Below are positions 38,963-48,575 of a stretch of 64,000 nt of DNA, one piece after another. The stretch is from an uncultured Candidatus Saccharibacteria bacterium. Its GTDB lineage: Bacteria; Patescibacteriota; Doudnabacteria; UBA920. Numbering within the stretch: the stretch's first letter is position 1; the number at the start of each line of letters is the position of its first letter. The notes below the pieces were generated by a model that ran no database searches, had not been told where the DNA came from, and saw only the letters and a program-made list of their open reading frames with translations. The position numbers and the translations under genes were made by a program. The DNA lies in contig CAZDIP010000001.1 of the NCBI GenBank assembly GCA_964505635.1, positions 116,386 through 180,385 on the forward strand, given 5' to 3'.

Positions 38963-39209
38963 ACATAAGCAGCCAACCAAAACCGAAATGGCTTTATACG
39001 AATTAGCAAGCCATATGCAGGTAATGGACCGTAATTTGGTTACTAACTCGGCTTTTGTAGCCATATTGGCCATGCTTTCAAAAACTGACCCTAAAACCAT
39101 TGCTGAATATTTAACAACAAAACGCCAGGAAGTCCAGGATTTCAGCAAAAAAATAAACGAAGCTATAGACGAAATGGAAAAATCAGCTAAGCAGGAAATT
39201 AAGGCTTAA
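38946..39209 (+). CDS. Small hypothetical helical protein
   Basis: 87-aa ORF overlapping both neighbours. Confidence 0.6.
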   Translation: MASDFKHKQPTKTEMALYELASHMQVMDRNLVTNSAFVAILAMLSKTDPKTIAEYLTTKRQEVQDFSKKINEAIDEMEKSAKQEIKA

Positions 39210-39811
39210 TGCAAGTTAACCAAACCGGCAAAGAAATTGAAGTCAGATTCTTAGAAATTAACCAACAGGAAATCATATCCAGGCTGGCTTTTTTAGGTTT
39301 TGAAGATAAAGGAGAAGATTTTTTTACAGAAATAATTTTTTATGACGCGGCGGGCAAATGGATTGAGGAAAGGAAAATAATCACCCGGTATGTGAGGCTG
39401 CGAAAAAATAACCAAAAAACTATCCTAACTTATAAAATGCACAGGCAAGATATACCGACAACCGAAGCTCGGGAGATTGAGTTTGAAGTTTCCGACATTT
39501 TGGCCGCTTCCGAACTTTTGGAAATTTTAGGTCTTAAGGCCTTCAGGAAACAGGAAAAAAAACGGCATAAATTTACAAAAGGAGATGTTACTGTTGATAT
39601 AGATACATGGCCACGGGTGCCGACTTATCTGGAAATTGAAGCCCCCACTGAAGAACATTTAAAAAACACGGCGTCGGATTTAGGTTTTGGGTGGGATAAA
39701 GCTGTTTATGAGAACGCCGGAAACCTAATTGAAAAATATTACGATTTAATGGTAAGTAAAATGAGTGTGTATACTTTTTCAGAAATAACTTACAGGGATA
39801 AAGGTGATTAA
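39209..39811 (+). CDS. CYTH-domain protein (class IV adenylate cyclase / triphosphate tunnel metalloenzyme)
   Basis: EIEVR, VRLR, LTYK, EIEF, KKR, YLEIE. Confidence 0.88.
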   Translation: MQVNQTGKEIEVRFLEINQQEIISRLAFLGFEDKGEDFFTEIIFYDAAGKWIEERKIITRYVRLRKNNQKTILTYKMHRQDIPTTEAREIEFEVSDILAASELLEILGLKAFRKQEKKRHKFTKGDVTVDIDTWPRVPTYLEIEAPTEEHLKNTASDLGFGWDKAVYENAGNLIEKYYDLMVSKMSVYTFSEITYRDKGD

Positions 39812-40361
39812 TTCTAAAAGAACAACATTTGTTACTGGAAATAAAATAAAAGCCGATTACATGGCTGAGTTTTTAGGCATGCCAATTAATCATACTAGTT
39901 TAGAGTTGGACGAAATCCAGTCCTTGGATTTAAAAAAAATAGTTGAGCACAAGCTTAGACAAGCCTACAGGCTTTTAAATCGGCCGGTTGTGGTAGAAGA
40001 CGTTTCTTTGGAATTTAAAGCTTTAGGAGGGCTGCCCGGCCCTTTTATAAAATTTTTTGTTGAAAAAGTGCCTTTTAAAATTTTGTGTTCCTCAGTTCCA
40101 AACTCAAACAGACAGGCCGCAGCCAAGTGCGTAATCGGATTTTACGACGGGGTACAGATAAAATTATTTGAGGGTGGCGTGCAGGGTAAAATTGCAAAGA
40201 AGCCCCAAGGCGCCGGGGGTTTTGGCTGGGATAAAATATTCATACCCAAGGGCTACAAAGTAACCAGGGCAGCGCTTTCTAAAAAAGATGATAAAAAAAC
40301 TTATTTAAAAATAAAGCCTTTGAAAAGGTTAAAAAAATTTTTAGAGGATTATGAAAAATAA
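39804..40361 (+). CDS. rdgB: Non-canonical purine NTP pyrophosphatase (HAM1/RdgB/ITPase)
   Basis: TGNKIK, EIQ, VED.SL, GLPGP, FGWD.IF; the C-terminal SHR motif is not evident. Confidence 0.82.
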   Translation: MINSKRTTFVTGNKIKADYMAEFLGMPINHTSLELDEIQSLDLKKIVEHKLRQAYRLLNRPVVVEDVSLEFKALGGLPGPFIKFFVEKVPFKILCSSVPNSNRQAAAKCVIGFYDGVQIKLFEGGVQGKIAKKPQGAGGFGWDKIFIPKGYKVTRAALSKKDDKKTYLKIKPLKRLKKFLEDYEK

Positions 40362-42897
40362 AATCAGACTTCCGCATCATATAAAACCTGAAAATTACCG
40401 CCTACTTATTAAACCCGATCTGGATGGATTTACTTTTGAAGGTGAAGAGGCAATAGATTTAAAAGTTGAGAAAGCGGTTTTTAGCATTACCTTGCATTCA
40501 AAAGATTTGAAAATCTGGGATGTAAACTATATACACAAAAGCCAAAAACAGCATGCAAAAAAAGTTGAATATAACTTAAAGGCCGAAACAGCTACGTTGT
40601 TTTTCTCAAGCAGAATAACTGCCGGTATAGGACAGTTATCTTTAAAATTCCGAGGGATTTTAAATGACAAAATGAGGGGGTTTTACAGAAGCAAGTACTC
40701 TCATGGTGGGCAGGAAAAATATTTGGCCACAACCCAATTTGAAGCCACAGATGCACGCCGCGCCTTTCCGTGCTTCGATGAGCCAGCCCACAAGGCCAGC
40801 TTTGACGTTACCATAATGACACCAAAAGGCTTAACAGTTATCTCAAATACGATAGAATCTTCAATTTCAGAACACCATTCGGGTTATCAATTGGTAAAAT
40901 TTGAGCCAACTCCTAAAATGTCCACTTATTTATTAGCGTTCATTGTCGGTGATTTTGAATTTTTAGAGAGTAAAACAAAACGCGGGGTTAAAGTCAGAGT
41001 ATTTGTTACCCCTGGTAAAAAACATCAGGCAAAATTCGCACTAAAGACCGCGATAAAGGCTTTGGAATTTTATGAAAAATATTTTAATATAAACTACCCG
41101 CTACCGGTCTTGGACATGATAGCCATCCCTGATTTTAACAGCGCGGCTATGGAAAACTGGGGTGCTATCACTTATCGGGAATCAGCAATTTTGGTAGATG
41201 AAAAAAATTCATCCTTAAGCAACAAGCAGTGGGTAGCGATTGTTATAGCCCACGAAATTGCCCACCAGTGGTTTGGTAATTTGGTTACCATGGAATGGTG
41301 GACCCACTTATGGCTTAACGAGGGGTTTGCTTCATATATGGAATACCTGTGCGTGGACAAATTGTTCCCCAAATGGAAAATTTGGCAACAGTACGTGGCA
41401 GAAAGGTTTAACACCGCTATGGAATTAGACGCGCTTTCTAACACCCACCCTATAGAAGTTGAGGTGCATCACCCGGAAGAAATAAGCGAAATTTTTGACG
41501 CGGTCAGCTACGCTAAAGGCTCGGTAGTTATACGCATGCTGGCCGAATATTTGGGAGAAAGGCAATTTAGGGATGGTTTAAGGTACTATTTAAAAAAACA
41601 CTCTTACCAAAATACCTCCACTATCCACTTGTGGGAAGCCTTTGAAAAGGTTTCCAAAAAACCTGTCACTAAAATCATGAGGGGATGGACTGAATATCCC
41701 GGATACCCTTTAATTGAAGTTAAAGAACAAAACAATAATGTAGTCTTAAATCAGCTAAGATATTTTTCCAGCTCTCTTTCTAAAACAAATAATAAAATCC
41801 AGGGTTGGAAAATACCTTTAACCTATTGCTTTGGCGGAAAAAAAACTGCGAAAATTTTATTTGAAGGCAAATCAGTTAGCTTGCCGTACCCCAAAAAAAC
41901 CTGGTTAAAACTGAATTATGGAGAAACCGGCTTGTTTAGAGTAAATTACCCGGCAGCTTTTAGCAAAAAATTTTATTATCCTATAAAAAACAAGGTCTTA
42001 AAAGCCCCAGACCGCCTGGGAATAATTAGGGATGCTTTCGCATTGGCTGAGTCAGGCAAAAAGTCAACAATTGAGGCTTTAGAACTGGCTGAACAATATC
42101 AAAACGAGGCTGATTACAATGTTTGGGTTATTTTAGCTACCGGTCTTTATGCTGTAGAAGGAATTATGAGAAATACAAAAAGCTATAAAGAATATAAAAA
42201 ATTCTGTTTAAATCTGTTTGAGCAGATTTTAAAAAAAACCAAATTAAAAGCTAAAAAAGGCGAGGATAGCTCTCAAACTTTTTTAAGGAGCCTGATTTTG
42301 CAACAAGCTATCAGATGGGAGCACGGCCCGACAATTGCAAAACTTAGAGGTTTGTTCAAGAATAAGCCGGCAATTAATGTAAATTTAAGATCTGTTGTTT
42401 ACTATGCAGCCGCTAAATTTGGGGATATAAAAACCCATAATAAATTTGTTGAGCTTTATATAAAAGAGCCTCTACAGGCTGAAAAAGACCGTTTAGCCCG
42501 GGCATTAACTCTGTTTTCGGATCCTCATTTGCTTAAAAAAACTTTGGATTTTGCGTTTAGTGAACACGTTAAGGATCAGGATGCTCCCTTTATTTTAGCC
42601 GCGGTTCTAAAAAATCCGGCTGGAGCTGACTTAGGTTTAGATTACGCCTTTAAAAATTGGTCTAAACTTTTAAATAAATATTCTGCCGGCCTCAGCATGA
42701 TTTCTAGAATTGTGGGGGCAATGGATAATTTTTATTCCGAAAATAAAGCAAATGAAATTGAAAACTTTTTTATAAAACACAAAACCCCGGGCGCAACAAG
42801 GGCGGTTAAGCAAACTTTGGAAAAAATCAGATCCCAGGCTAGCTGGCTAAAACGCGATGGAGAAAAACTGGAAAAATATTTGGAAAACAATGTTTAA
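40351..42897 (+). CDS. pepN: M1 family aminopeptidase (puromycin-sensitive/PepN-like)
   Basis: AAMENWG, HEIAH-X18-E (NEGFA), ERAP1-like C-terminal domain. Confidence 0.93.
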   Translation: MKNKIRLPHHIKPENYRLLIKPDLDGFTFEGEEAIDLKVEKAVFSITLHSKDLKIWDVNYIHKSQKQHAKKVEYNLKAETATLFFSSRITAGIGQLSLKFRGILNDKMRGFYRSKYSHGGQEKYLATTQFEATDARRAFPCFDEPAHKASFDVTIMTPKGLTVISNTIESSISEHHSGYQLVKFEPTPKMSTYLLAFIVGDFEFLESKTKRGVKVRVFVTPGKKHQAKFALKTAIKALEFYEKYFNINYPLPVLDMIAIPDFNSAAMENWGAITYRESAILVDEKNSSLSNKQWVAIVIAHEIAHQWFGNLVTMEWWTHLWLNEGFASYMEYLCVDKLFPKWKIWQQYVAERFNTAMELDALSNTHPIEVEVHHPEEISEIFDAVSYAKGSVVIRMLAEYLGERQFRDGLRYYLKKHSYQNTSTIHLWEAFEKVSKKPVTKIMRGWTEYPGYPLIEVKEQNNNVVLNQLRYFSSSLSKTNNKIQGWKIPLTYCFGGKKTAKILFEGKSVSLPYPKKTWLKLNYGETGLFRVNYPAAFSKKFYYPIKNKVLKAPDRLGIIRDAFALAESGKKSTIEALELAEQYQNEADYNVWVILATGLYAVEGIMRNTKSYKEYKKFCLNLFEQILKKTKLKAKKGEDSSQTFLRSLILQQAIRWEHGPTIAKLRGLFKNKPAINVNLRSVVYYAAAKFGDIKTHNKFVELYIKEPLQAEKDRLARALTLFSDPHLLKKTLDFAFSEHVKDQDAPFILAAVLKNPAGADLGLDYAFKNWSKLLNKYSAGLSMISRIVGAMDNFYSENKANEIENFFIKHKTPGATRAVKQTLEKIRSQASWLKRDGEKLEKYLENNV

Positions 42898-43576
42898 ATT
42901 AAAAAAAGAAAATCTCATTTTAGGCTTTTCCGAAAAAAATAATGGCCAAATGGCAGTCCAAAGCTCTAAAATCTCAAATTTAAATAGCCGCATAAGATTT
43001 TTAAGGAAGGTTTATCCCCAAATAAACAATATAGCCGCTGCCATTCAAACACATTCCAACAGGGTTAAAAACATAAAGACTTCTGTAATCCGGAAAATTT
43101 ATATTAATTATGACGGTCTAATTACCGACAAAAGGGGAGTTTGGTTAACGTTGAGTTTTGCGGACTGTTTTCCGGTTTACTTTTATAACAGCCAAACCAA
43201 AGCTATCGGGATAGCCCATTGCGGTTGGCGGGGCAGCTTGAATACTTTGTTACCCAAATGTTTAAATTTATTAAAGCCAATTAATCACCTAAAAATTTGG
43301 ACAGGTCCGGGAATTCAGAAGTGCCATTTTGAAATAAAAGATGACATTATAAAAAAATTCAAAAAATTTACCGGTTGCATCAAAAATAAAAACTCAAAAT
43401 ACTACGCAGATATTCCAAAAATTATAAAGACTCAATTAATACAATTAGGCGTTCGGAGTGATCAAATTTTCCTTAACAACGAATGCACCTATTGTGAGAA
43501 AAACCTCTATTTCTCTTTCAGGAGGGACCGTCCAAAAAAAGTTCAATCCATGGTAGGTTATATTGGATTAATATAG
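42890..43576 (+). CDS. pgeF: YfiH/PgeF-family protein (peptidoglycan editing / purine nucleoside phosphorylase)
   Basis: QTHS, ADCFPV, AHCGWRG, CTYC, FSFRR. Confidence 0.85.
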   Translation: MFKLKKENLILGFSEKNNGQMAVQSSKISNLNSRIRFLRKVYPQINNIAAAIQTHSNRVKNIKTSVIRKIYINYDGLITDKRGVWLTLSFADCFPVYFYNSQTKAIGIAHCGWRGSLNTLLPKCLNLLKPINHLKIWTGPGIQKCHFEIKDDIIKKFKKFTGCIKNKNSKYYADIPKIIKTQLIQLGVRSDQIFLNNECTYCEKNLYFSFRRDRPKKVQSMVGYIGLI

Positions 43577-43631
43577 TACAAATTGCCAAAAAATCCAGGT
43601 TTGCTATAATATCTCAAGTTTACTAAATTTT

Positions 43632-45107
43632 ATGAACCAAAAAAACAAGCTTTTTCTTTCTTTGTTCGGAATACTACTATTGGCTTTGGCCTCCGCGTTT
43701 ATTGTTCATCCAAAAGGGAGCAAAATTGACCTAAATAAGCTCAAAATTCCTTACCAACAGGAGTTTAAAATCCATCTGGGCTTGGACTTGCAGGGCGGTA
43801 GTCATTTAGTTTATCAAGCTGATTTTAAAGATATTAAAGAAGGGGATAGAGCCGATGCCCTTAATTCCATCCGTGACACTATTGAAAGAAGGGTTAATAG
43901 CTTCGGCGTATCGGAACCGCTGGTTCAAGTGGCGGGCAACGACAGAATTATTGTTGAGCTGCCCGGCATAAAAGATATTAATCAGGCAATAAAACAGATC
44001 GGACAGACTCCTTATTTGGAATTTAGAGTTATTAATCCCAAAGCCGAGGAAGTAAAGCCAAATGAAAGCGGAGAAGTAACAGTTGACCCTCTTTCTCAAT
44101 GGGACGCCACAGGTCTTTCCGGTAAACAACTAAGCAAGGCTAACGTCGATTTTCAAATCGGCCAGGGCATAAACAACCAGGTAGTGGTTAAGTTGGAATT
44201 TAATAATGATGGAAAAAAGTTATTTTCGGAAATAACCTCGGCTAATATAGGAAAACCCGTGGCTATTATTTTAGACGGTCAGGTTATCAGCGCTCCCACC
44301 GTTCAAAATGCGATCACGGACGGGGTGGCAATTATTACTGGCGACTTTACAACCGAGCAGGCCAAAGAGCTAGCAACCAGGCTTAATAGCGGAGCCTTGC
44401 CGGTACCAATTAAGCTTATTTCTCAACAAAATGTTGGCGCAAGCTTGGGACAGGACTCAATACATAAATCAATTGTTGCTGGCTTAATTGGAATGGCCCT
44501 TATTGCTTTATTTATGGTAACTTATTATCGTTTTCCGGGCTTGCTGGCAGTTTTGGCGCTGCTTATATATGCGCTAGTTTCCTTAGCAATATTTAAAATT
44601 GGAATCTCATTTACTGCCGTGCTTTTAGTTGGTATATTTTTATTCTTAGGCCTCACTGTTAATCCTTGGTTTGGGCTGGCCGGTCTTTTAAGCTATATTT
44701 CACTTATTCTATTGAAGGGTTTGTCCCCTGTAACTCTAACCTTAGCTGGCATAGCGGGATTTATTCTTTCAATCGGGATGGCGGTTGATGCTAACATTTT
44801 AATTTTTGAAAGACTAAAAGAAGAAATAAGACTTGGGAAAGATATTTCAAAGGCAGTTGAAGAAGGGTTTGCAAGAGCCTGGCTTTCTATAAGAGATTCA
44901 AATGTTTCCAGCTTAATTACCACGGCTATACTTTATATGTTCGGCACGCCGGCAATTAAAGGATTTGCCGTGACTTTGGCAATCGGTATCCTTATTTCCA
45001 TGCTAACAGCCATTTATATTACAAAAGTATTTCTTAAGCTATTTGTGGGAAATAACGTCTTAACCCATCCGTGGCTTTTTGGCGCATCGAGATTAAAAAA
45101 GGACTAA
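43632..45107 (+). CDS. secD: Protein translocase subunit SecD
   Basis: LGLDLQGG, RIIVELPG, SGALP, GMAVDANILIFER. Confidence 0.97.
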   Translation: MNQKNKLFLSLFGILLLALASAFIVHPKGSKIDLNKLKIPYQQEFKIHLGLDLQGGSHLVYQADFKDIKEGDRADALNSIRDTIERRVNSFGVSEPLVQVAGNDRIIVELPGIKDINQAIKQIGQTPYLEFRVINPKAEEVKPNESGEVTVDPLSQWDATGLSGKQLSKANVDFQIGQGINNQVVVKLEFNNDGKKLFSEITSANIGKPVAIILDGQVISAPTVQNAITDGVAIITGDFTTEQAKELATRLNSGALPVPIKLISQQNVGASLGQDSIHKSIVAGLIGMALIALFMVTYYRFPGLLAVLALLIYALVSLAIFKIGISFTAVLLVGIFLFLGLTVNPWFGLAGLLSYISLILLKGLSPVTLTLAGIAGFILSIGMAVDANILIFERLKEEIRLGKDISKAVEEGFARAWLSIRDSNVSSLITTAILYMFGTPAIKGFAVTLAIGILISMLTAIYITKVFLKLFVGNNVLTHPWLFGASRLKKD

Positions 45108-45126
45108 TTATATATACAAAACAGCT

Positions 45127-46014
45127 ATGTTTAACCTACTCAAATATTCAAAGGTCTGGCTTTCTATTTCAGCTCTAATTGTATTGTTTGGAATTATTTC
45201 TTTATCGGTTTACGGCCTTAATTTAGGTATTGATTTTAAGGGCGGAACCTTAACTGAAATTCAGTTTGTTAATACTTTTGAACAAGAAAAAGTAAAAGAA
45301 GGCGTTATAAAAACAGGGGTGGAAAACTTTCACTTACAGTCTGCGGAAAACAATAAAATAATAATAAAAACCCCGAGTCTTGAAAAAGAAAAGCATGACG
45401 AAATGCTAAACAATATAAAAGCTTCTGCCGGTGAATTTACTGAAAACAAACTTGATTCAATTGGACCCACAATAGGAAGGGAGCTTAAAAGAAATGCTTT
45501 ATATCAGCTTATTTTAGTCTCATTGGGTATTGTCTTATATATAGGCTATGCTTTTAGAAAAGTGCCTAAACCGGTTACTTCTTGGGGCTTTGGCGGAGCC
45601 GCTATTGCGGCTTTGTTGCACGATCTTTTATTTGTGTTAGGTATTTTTTCTATCCTGGGGCATTTTAAAGGGGTGGAGATAGACAGTTTATTTGTTACTG
45701 CCATGTTGACTGTATTAGGCTTTTCTGTCCATGACACCATAGTAGTTTTTGACAGAATAAGAGAAAATTTAAAAATTTATCCGGGGCAAAGTATAGACAG
45801 TGTAGTTAACCACAGCATTACTCAAACAGTAGTCAGATCCTTAAATACCAGTTTAACTGTGCTTTTTGTGTTACTAGCTTTGCTTATGTTCGGTGGTGAA
45901 AGCATAAAATATTTTGTTTTGGCACTGTTTATAGGGATAATTGTTGGGACGTACTCGTCAATTTTTATTGCAAGCCCAGTCTTAATTTATTGGCAAAAGT
46001 ATAAATCAAAGTAA
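45127..46014 (+). CDS. secF: Protein translocase subunit SecF
   Basis: GIDFKGG, DTIVVFDRIRE, GTYSSIFIA. Confidence 0.97.
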   Translation: MFNLLKYSKVWLSISALIVLFGIISLSVYGLNLGIDFKGGTLTEIQFVNTFEQEKVKEGVIKTGVENFHLQSAENNKIIIKTPSLEKEKHDEMLNNIKASAGEFTENKLDSIGPTIGRELKRNALYQLILVSLGIVLYIGYAFRKVPKPVTSWGFGGAAIAALLHDLLFVLGIFSILGHFKGVEIDSLFVTAMLTVLGFSVHDTIVVFDRIRENLKIYPGQSIDSVVNHSITQTVVRSLNTSLTVLFVLLALLMFGGESIKYFVLALFIGIIVGTYSSIFIASPVLIYWQKYKSK

Positions 46015-46021
46015 CAAATTT

Positions 46022-46055
46022 TTTAAAAAGCCTCTTAATTAAGAGGCTTTTTAAA
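46022..46055. terminator. Perfect 34-bp palindrome / terminator after secF
   Basis: TTTAAAAAGCCTCTTAA|TTAAGAGGCTTTTTAAA. Confidence 0.8.
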
Positions 46056-46068
46056 TTTATTAGTATAA

Positions 46069-46097
46069 TTGACAAGTTTAAAGCTTTATGCTATACT
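46069..46097 (+). promoter_or_regulatory. Strong sigma70 promoter
   Basis: TTGACA-N17-TATACT with extended TG. Confidence 0.8.
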
Positions 46098-46136
46098 AAA
46101 TTAAATTTATTCTTCCTTCGTCACACAGTAAAACAT

Positions 46137-47219
46137 ATGGGAATTTTAGATACAATAATCACCACTAAACAGCAGCAATCTTTAAACGAGTTTGAGCCCT
46201 CTAAAGTAGTAGAGGAGTTGTTTGGAACTTTAAAAGAACGGGATAAGCAAATTCTTCTTTACAGATACGGCCTTTTGGGCAGGCCTGCAAAAACATTGGC
46301 TTCCATTGGGCAAGAACATAATTTAACAAGGGAAAGAGTCAGGCAAATAGAAAAAGACATAATTAAACAACTTAGAAAAACTTCGCTTTCGGCTAAAAAT
46401 TTTGTTTTAACAAAAGATTTTTTATTAAATATTATTGCGGAACACGGAAAAGTCATCGCTGAAGAAAATTTATTTTTATTTTTAAATCTAAAAGAACAAT
46501 CTGAAAAAAACGCTGTAATTTTCTTATTGAGCCTGATTGATGAAATAGAAAATTTCATCCACGAAAATTATAAAAAAGCTTGGGTTCACACTCTTTTTAA
46601 GAACGAAATACTCCATAATTTCGTTAAAGAAAGCAGGTTAATTTTTGAATCTAAAAAAATACCTCTTAGTGCTGAGGAATTCTTAGAACATTTTAGACAG
46701 ACAGATTTTTTTACCCAAAACAAGCAAGATTTAAACGACAAAATTTTGCTAAATTTTTTGGATTTGGCTGTGGAAATAGAAAAGAATGTTTTTGGTTTTT
46801 GGGGTTTGGACTATTGGAAAGAAGTTAAGCCAAAAGACGTGGGCGATAAGGCCTATTTGGTGATGAAATATCACAAAAAACCCGAGCACTATGCTCAAAT
46901 AACCGAAATGATAAATAAGGCGAACTTTGACAGCCGCATAGCTTATAAAGAAACAGTTCACAATGAGTTAATTAAAGATAAACGATTTATTTTAATAGGC
47001 CGGGGTATTTATGCTCTTTCCGAATGGGGATACAAACCCGGCGTAGTAGCAGATGTTATCCGCGAAGTGTTGGCTGAGTCCAAAGAGCCGATGACAAAGG
47101 AAAAAATTATTGAGGAGGTTTTAAAACGAAGAATGGTCAAAAAGAATACTATTTTAGTTGGCTTATCGGATAAAACACAATTTCAAAAAATCGGAAAAAA
47201 TTTGTTTTCCCTGGTTTAA
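46137..47219 (+). CDS. Sigma70 region-4 HTH plus winged-helix (HARE-HTH-like) protein
   Basis: TLASIGQEHNLTRERVRQIE; TVHNELIKDKRFILIGRGIYALSEW. Confidence 0.8.
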   Translation: MGILDTIITTKQQQSLNEFEPSKVVEELFGTLKERDKQILLYRYGLLGRPAKTLASIGQEHNLTRERVRQIEKDIIKQLRKTSLSAKNFVLTKDFLLNIIAEHGKVIAEENLFLFLNLKEQSEKNAVIFLLSLIDEIENFIHENYKKAWVHTLFKNEILHNFVKESRLIFESKKIPLSAEEFLEHFRQTDFFTQNKQDLNDKILLNFLDLAVEIEKNVFGFWGLDYWKEVKPKDVGDKAYLVMKYHKKPEHYAQITEMINKANFDSRIAYKETVHNELIKDKRFILIGRGIYALSEWGYKPGVVADVIREVLAESKEPMTKEKIIEEVLKRRMVKKNTILVGLSDKTQFQKIGKNLFSLV

Positions 47220-47239
47220 GTCAAAGCAAAAGAAATAAA

Positions 47240-48571
47240 ATGAATCAAACCATAAATATTGTTCCAGATATTTTCGAAATTTTCCGTATTTTCGGCGTTT
47301 TGTTCATTAAAGGCGGTTGGGTTTTGTTCGCCATAATGATAGTTTATTTACTTTGGAGGTCATATTTACATGAAATTCAACATCAATACGTTCATAGCCA
47401 GGAATGGATTTTTTTAAACATAAAAGTTCCCAAAGAAAATCTTGTAAGTACGCTAGCCGTAGAAACCATTTTTACCCAGATGCACGCGCTACACTCAGCA
47501 AAAACTTTTGCCGATAGATTTGTAGAGGGTCAAATTCAGCTTTGGTACAGCCTTGAAGTGGTTAGTTTAGGCGGCAAAGTTTCTTTAATCATGCGTATTC
47601 CGAAAAAAGTTAAAGAGTTAGTGGAAGCAGCTTTTTATTCTCAATATCCGCAAGCTGAAATTGACGAATGCGACGACTATCTCTCTAATTTTAATTACGA
47701 TCCAAACAATCCGGGGGAATACGAAATTTGGGGGACAGAGTGGAAACTCTTGGAATCGGACGTGATTCCTTTAAAAACTTATCGGGATTTTGAACATCCC
47801 GCGGCCGAAGAAAGCATTATTGACCCTCTTTCAAATTTTTTTGAAGCTATGGGAAAAATGGCTCCTTACGAACTTTTTTCTGTGCAAATAATAATTCAGC
47901 CTTTAGGTGATGAGGAATGGAAGCCGAAAGGAGAGGCTAAAATAAAAGATTTGATAGGGGAGGAACCAGTACATGAAGTTTCTTTTACAGGAGCAGCCTT
48001 ATCGCCGCTTTCAAAATTTTCCCAATTTAGTTACAAAAATGCCGTATTGGGAGGAGGACATGGACACGGAACCGAAGAAAATAAGCCTAAAAATAACTGG
48101 CTTAATATGACCGAGGCTGAAAAAGAGCGCGTTACTTTAGTAGAACGAAAAATCAGCAAACCAGGCTATAAAACAAAAATTCGTTTTTTGTATATTGCCC
48201 CTAAAGACTTATTTGATCCGAACAAAAAGAGTTTGGTTATTGGAGCCTATCGTCCATTAGGGTCATCAATGACTAATAAACTTAAGCCTGATGGAAAAAC
48301 TTGGACGGGTGTTGAATACAAATTTTCGAAAAATCTGGAGAAAAGTTATCTAGATTGGTTACTTAATAAAAAGAAAAGGTATATTATAAAAGGCTTTAAA
48401 TCCAGGGAAATTCACATAGGTTCTCCCATGTTTATATTAAATGTTGAAGAAATTGCAACTTTATATCATTTCCCAATAACTACTAAAACTACTACGGTAC
48501 CTTCTGCTATAGAAAAAACCATGGCTCGCAAGGCTCAGCCGCCAACCAACTTACCAATAGCCGAACAATAA
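47240..48571 (+). CDS. CPR-conserved membrane protein associated with the coupling ATPase
   Basis: N-terminal TM; SLEVV, YSQYP.AEI, PLKTY, EEIATLYHFP motifs. Confidence 0.65.
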   Translation: MNQTINIVPDIFEIFRIFGVLFIKGGWVLFAIMIVYLLWRSYLHEIQHQYVHSQEWIFLNIKVPKENLVSTLAVETIFTQMHALHSAKTFADRFVEGQIQLWYSLEVVSLGGKVSLIMRIPKKVKELVEAAFYSQYPQAEIDECDDYLSNFNYDPNNPGEYEIWGTEWKLLESDVIPLKTYRDFEHPAAEESIIDPLSNFFEAMGKMAPYELFSVQIIIQPLGDEEWKPKGEAKIKDLIGEEPVHEVSFTGAALSPLSKFSQFSYKNAVLGGGHGHGTEENKPKNNWLNMTEAEKERVTLVERKISKPGYKTKIRFLYIAPKDLFDPNKKSLVIGAYRPLGSSMTNKLKPDGKTWTGVEYKFSKNLEKSYLDWLLNKKKRYIIKGFKSREIHIGSPMFILNVEEIATLYHFPITTKTTTVPSAIEKTMARKAQPPTNLPIAEQ

Positions 48572-48575
48572 AAAC

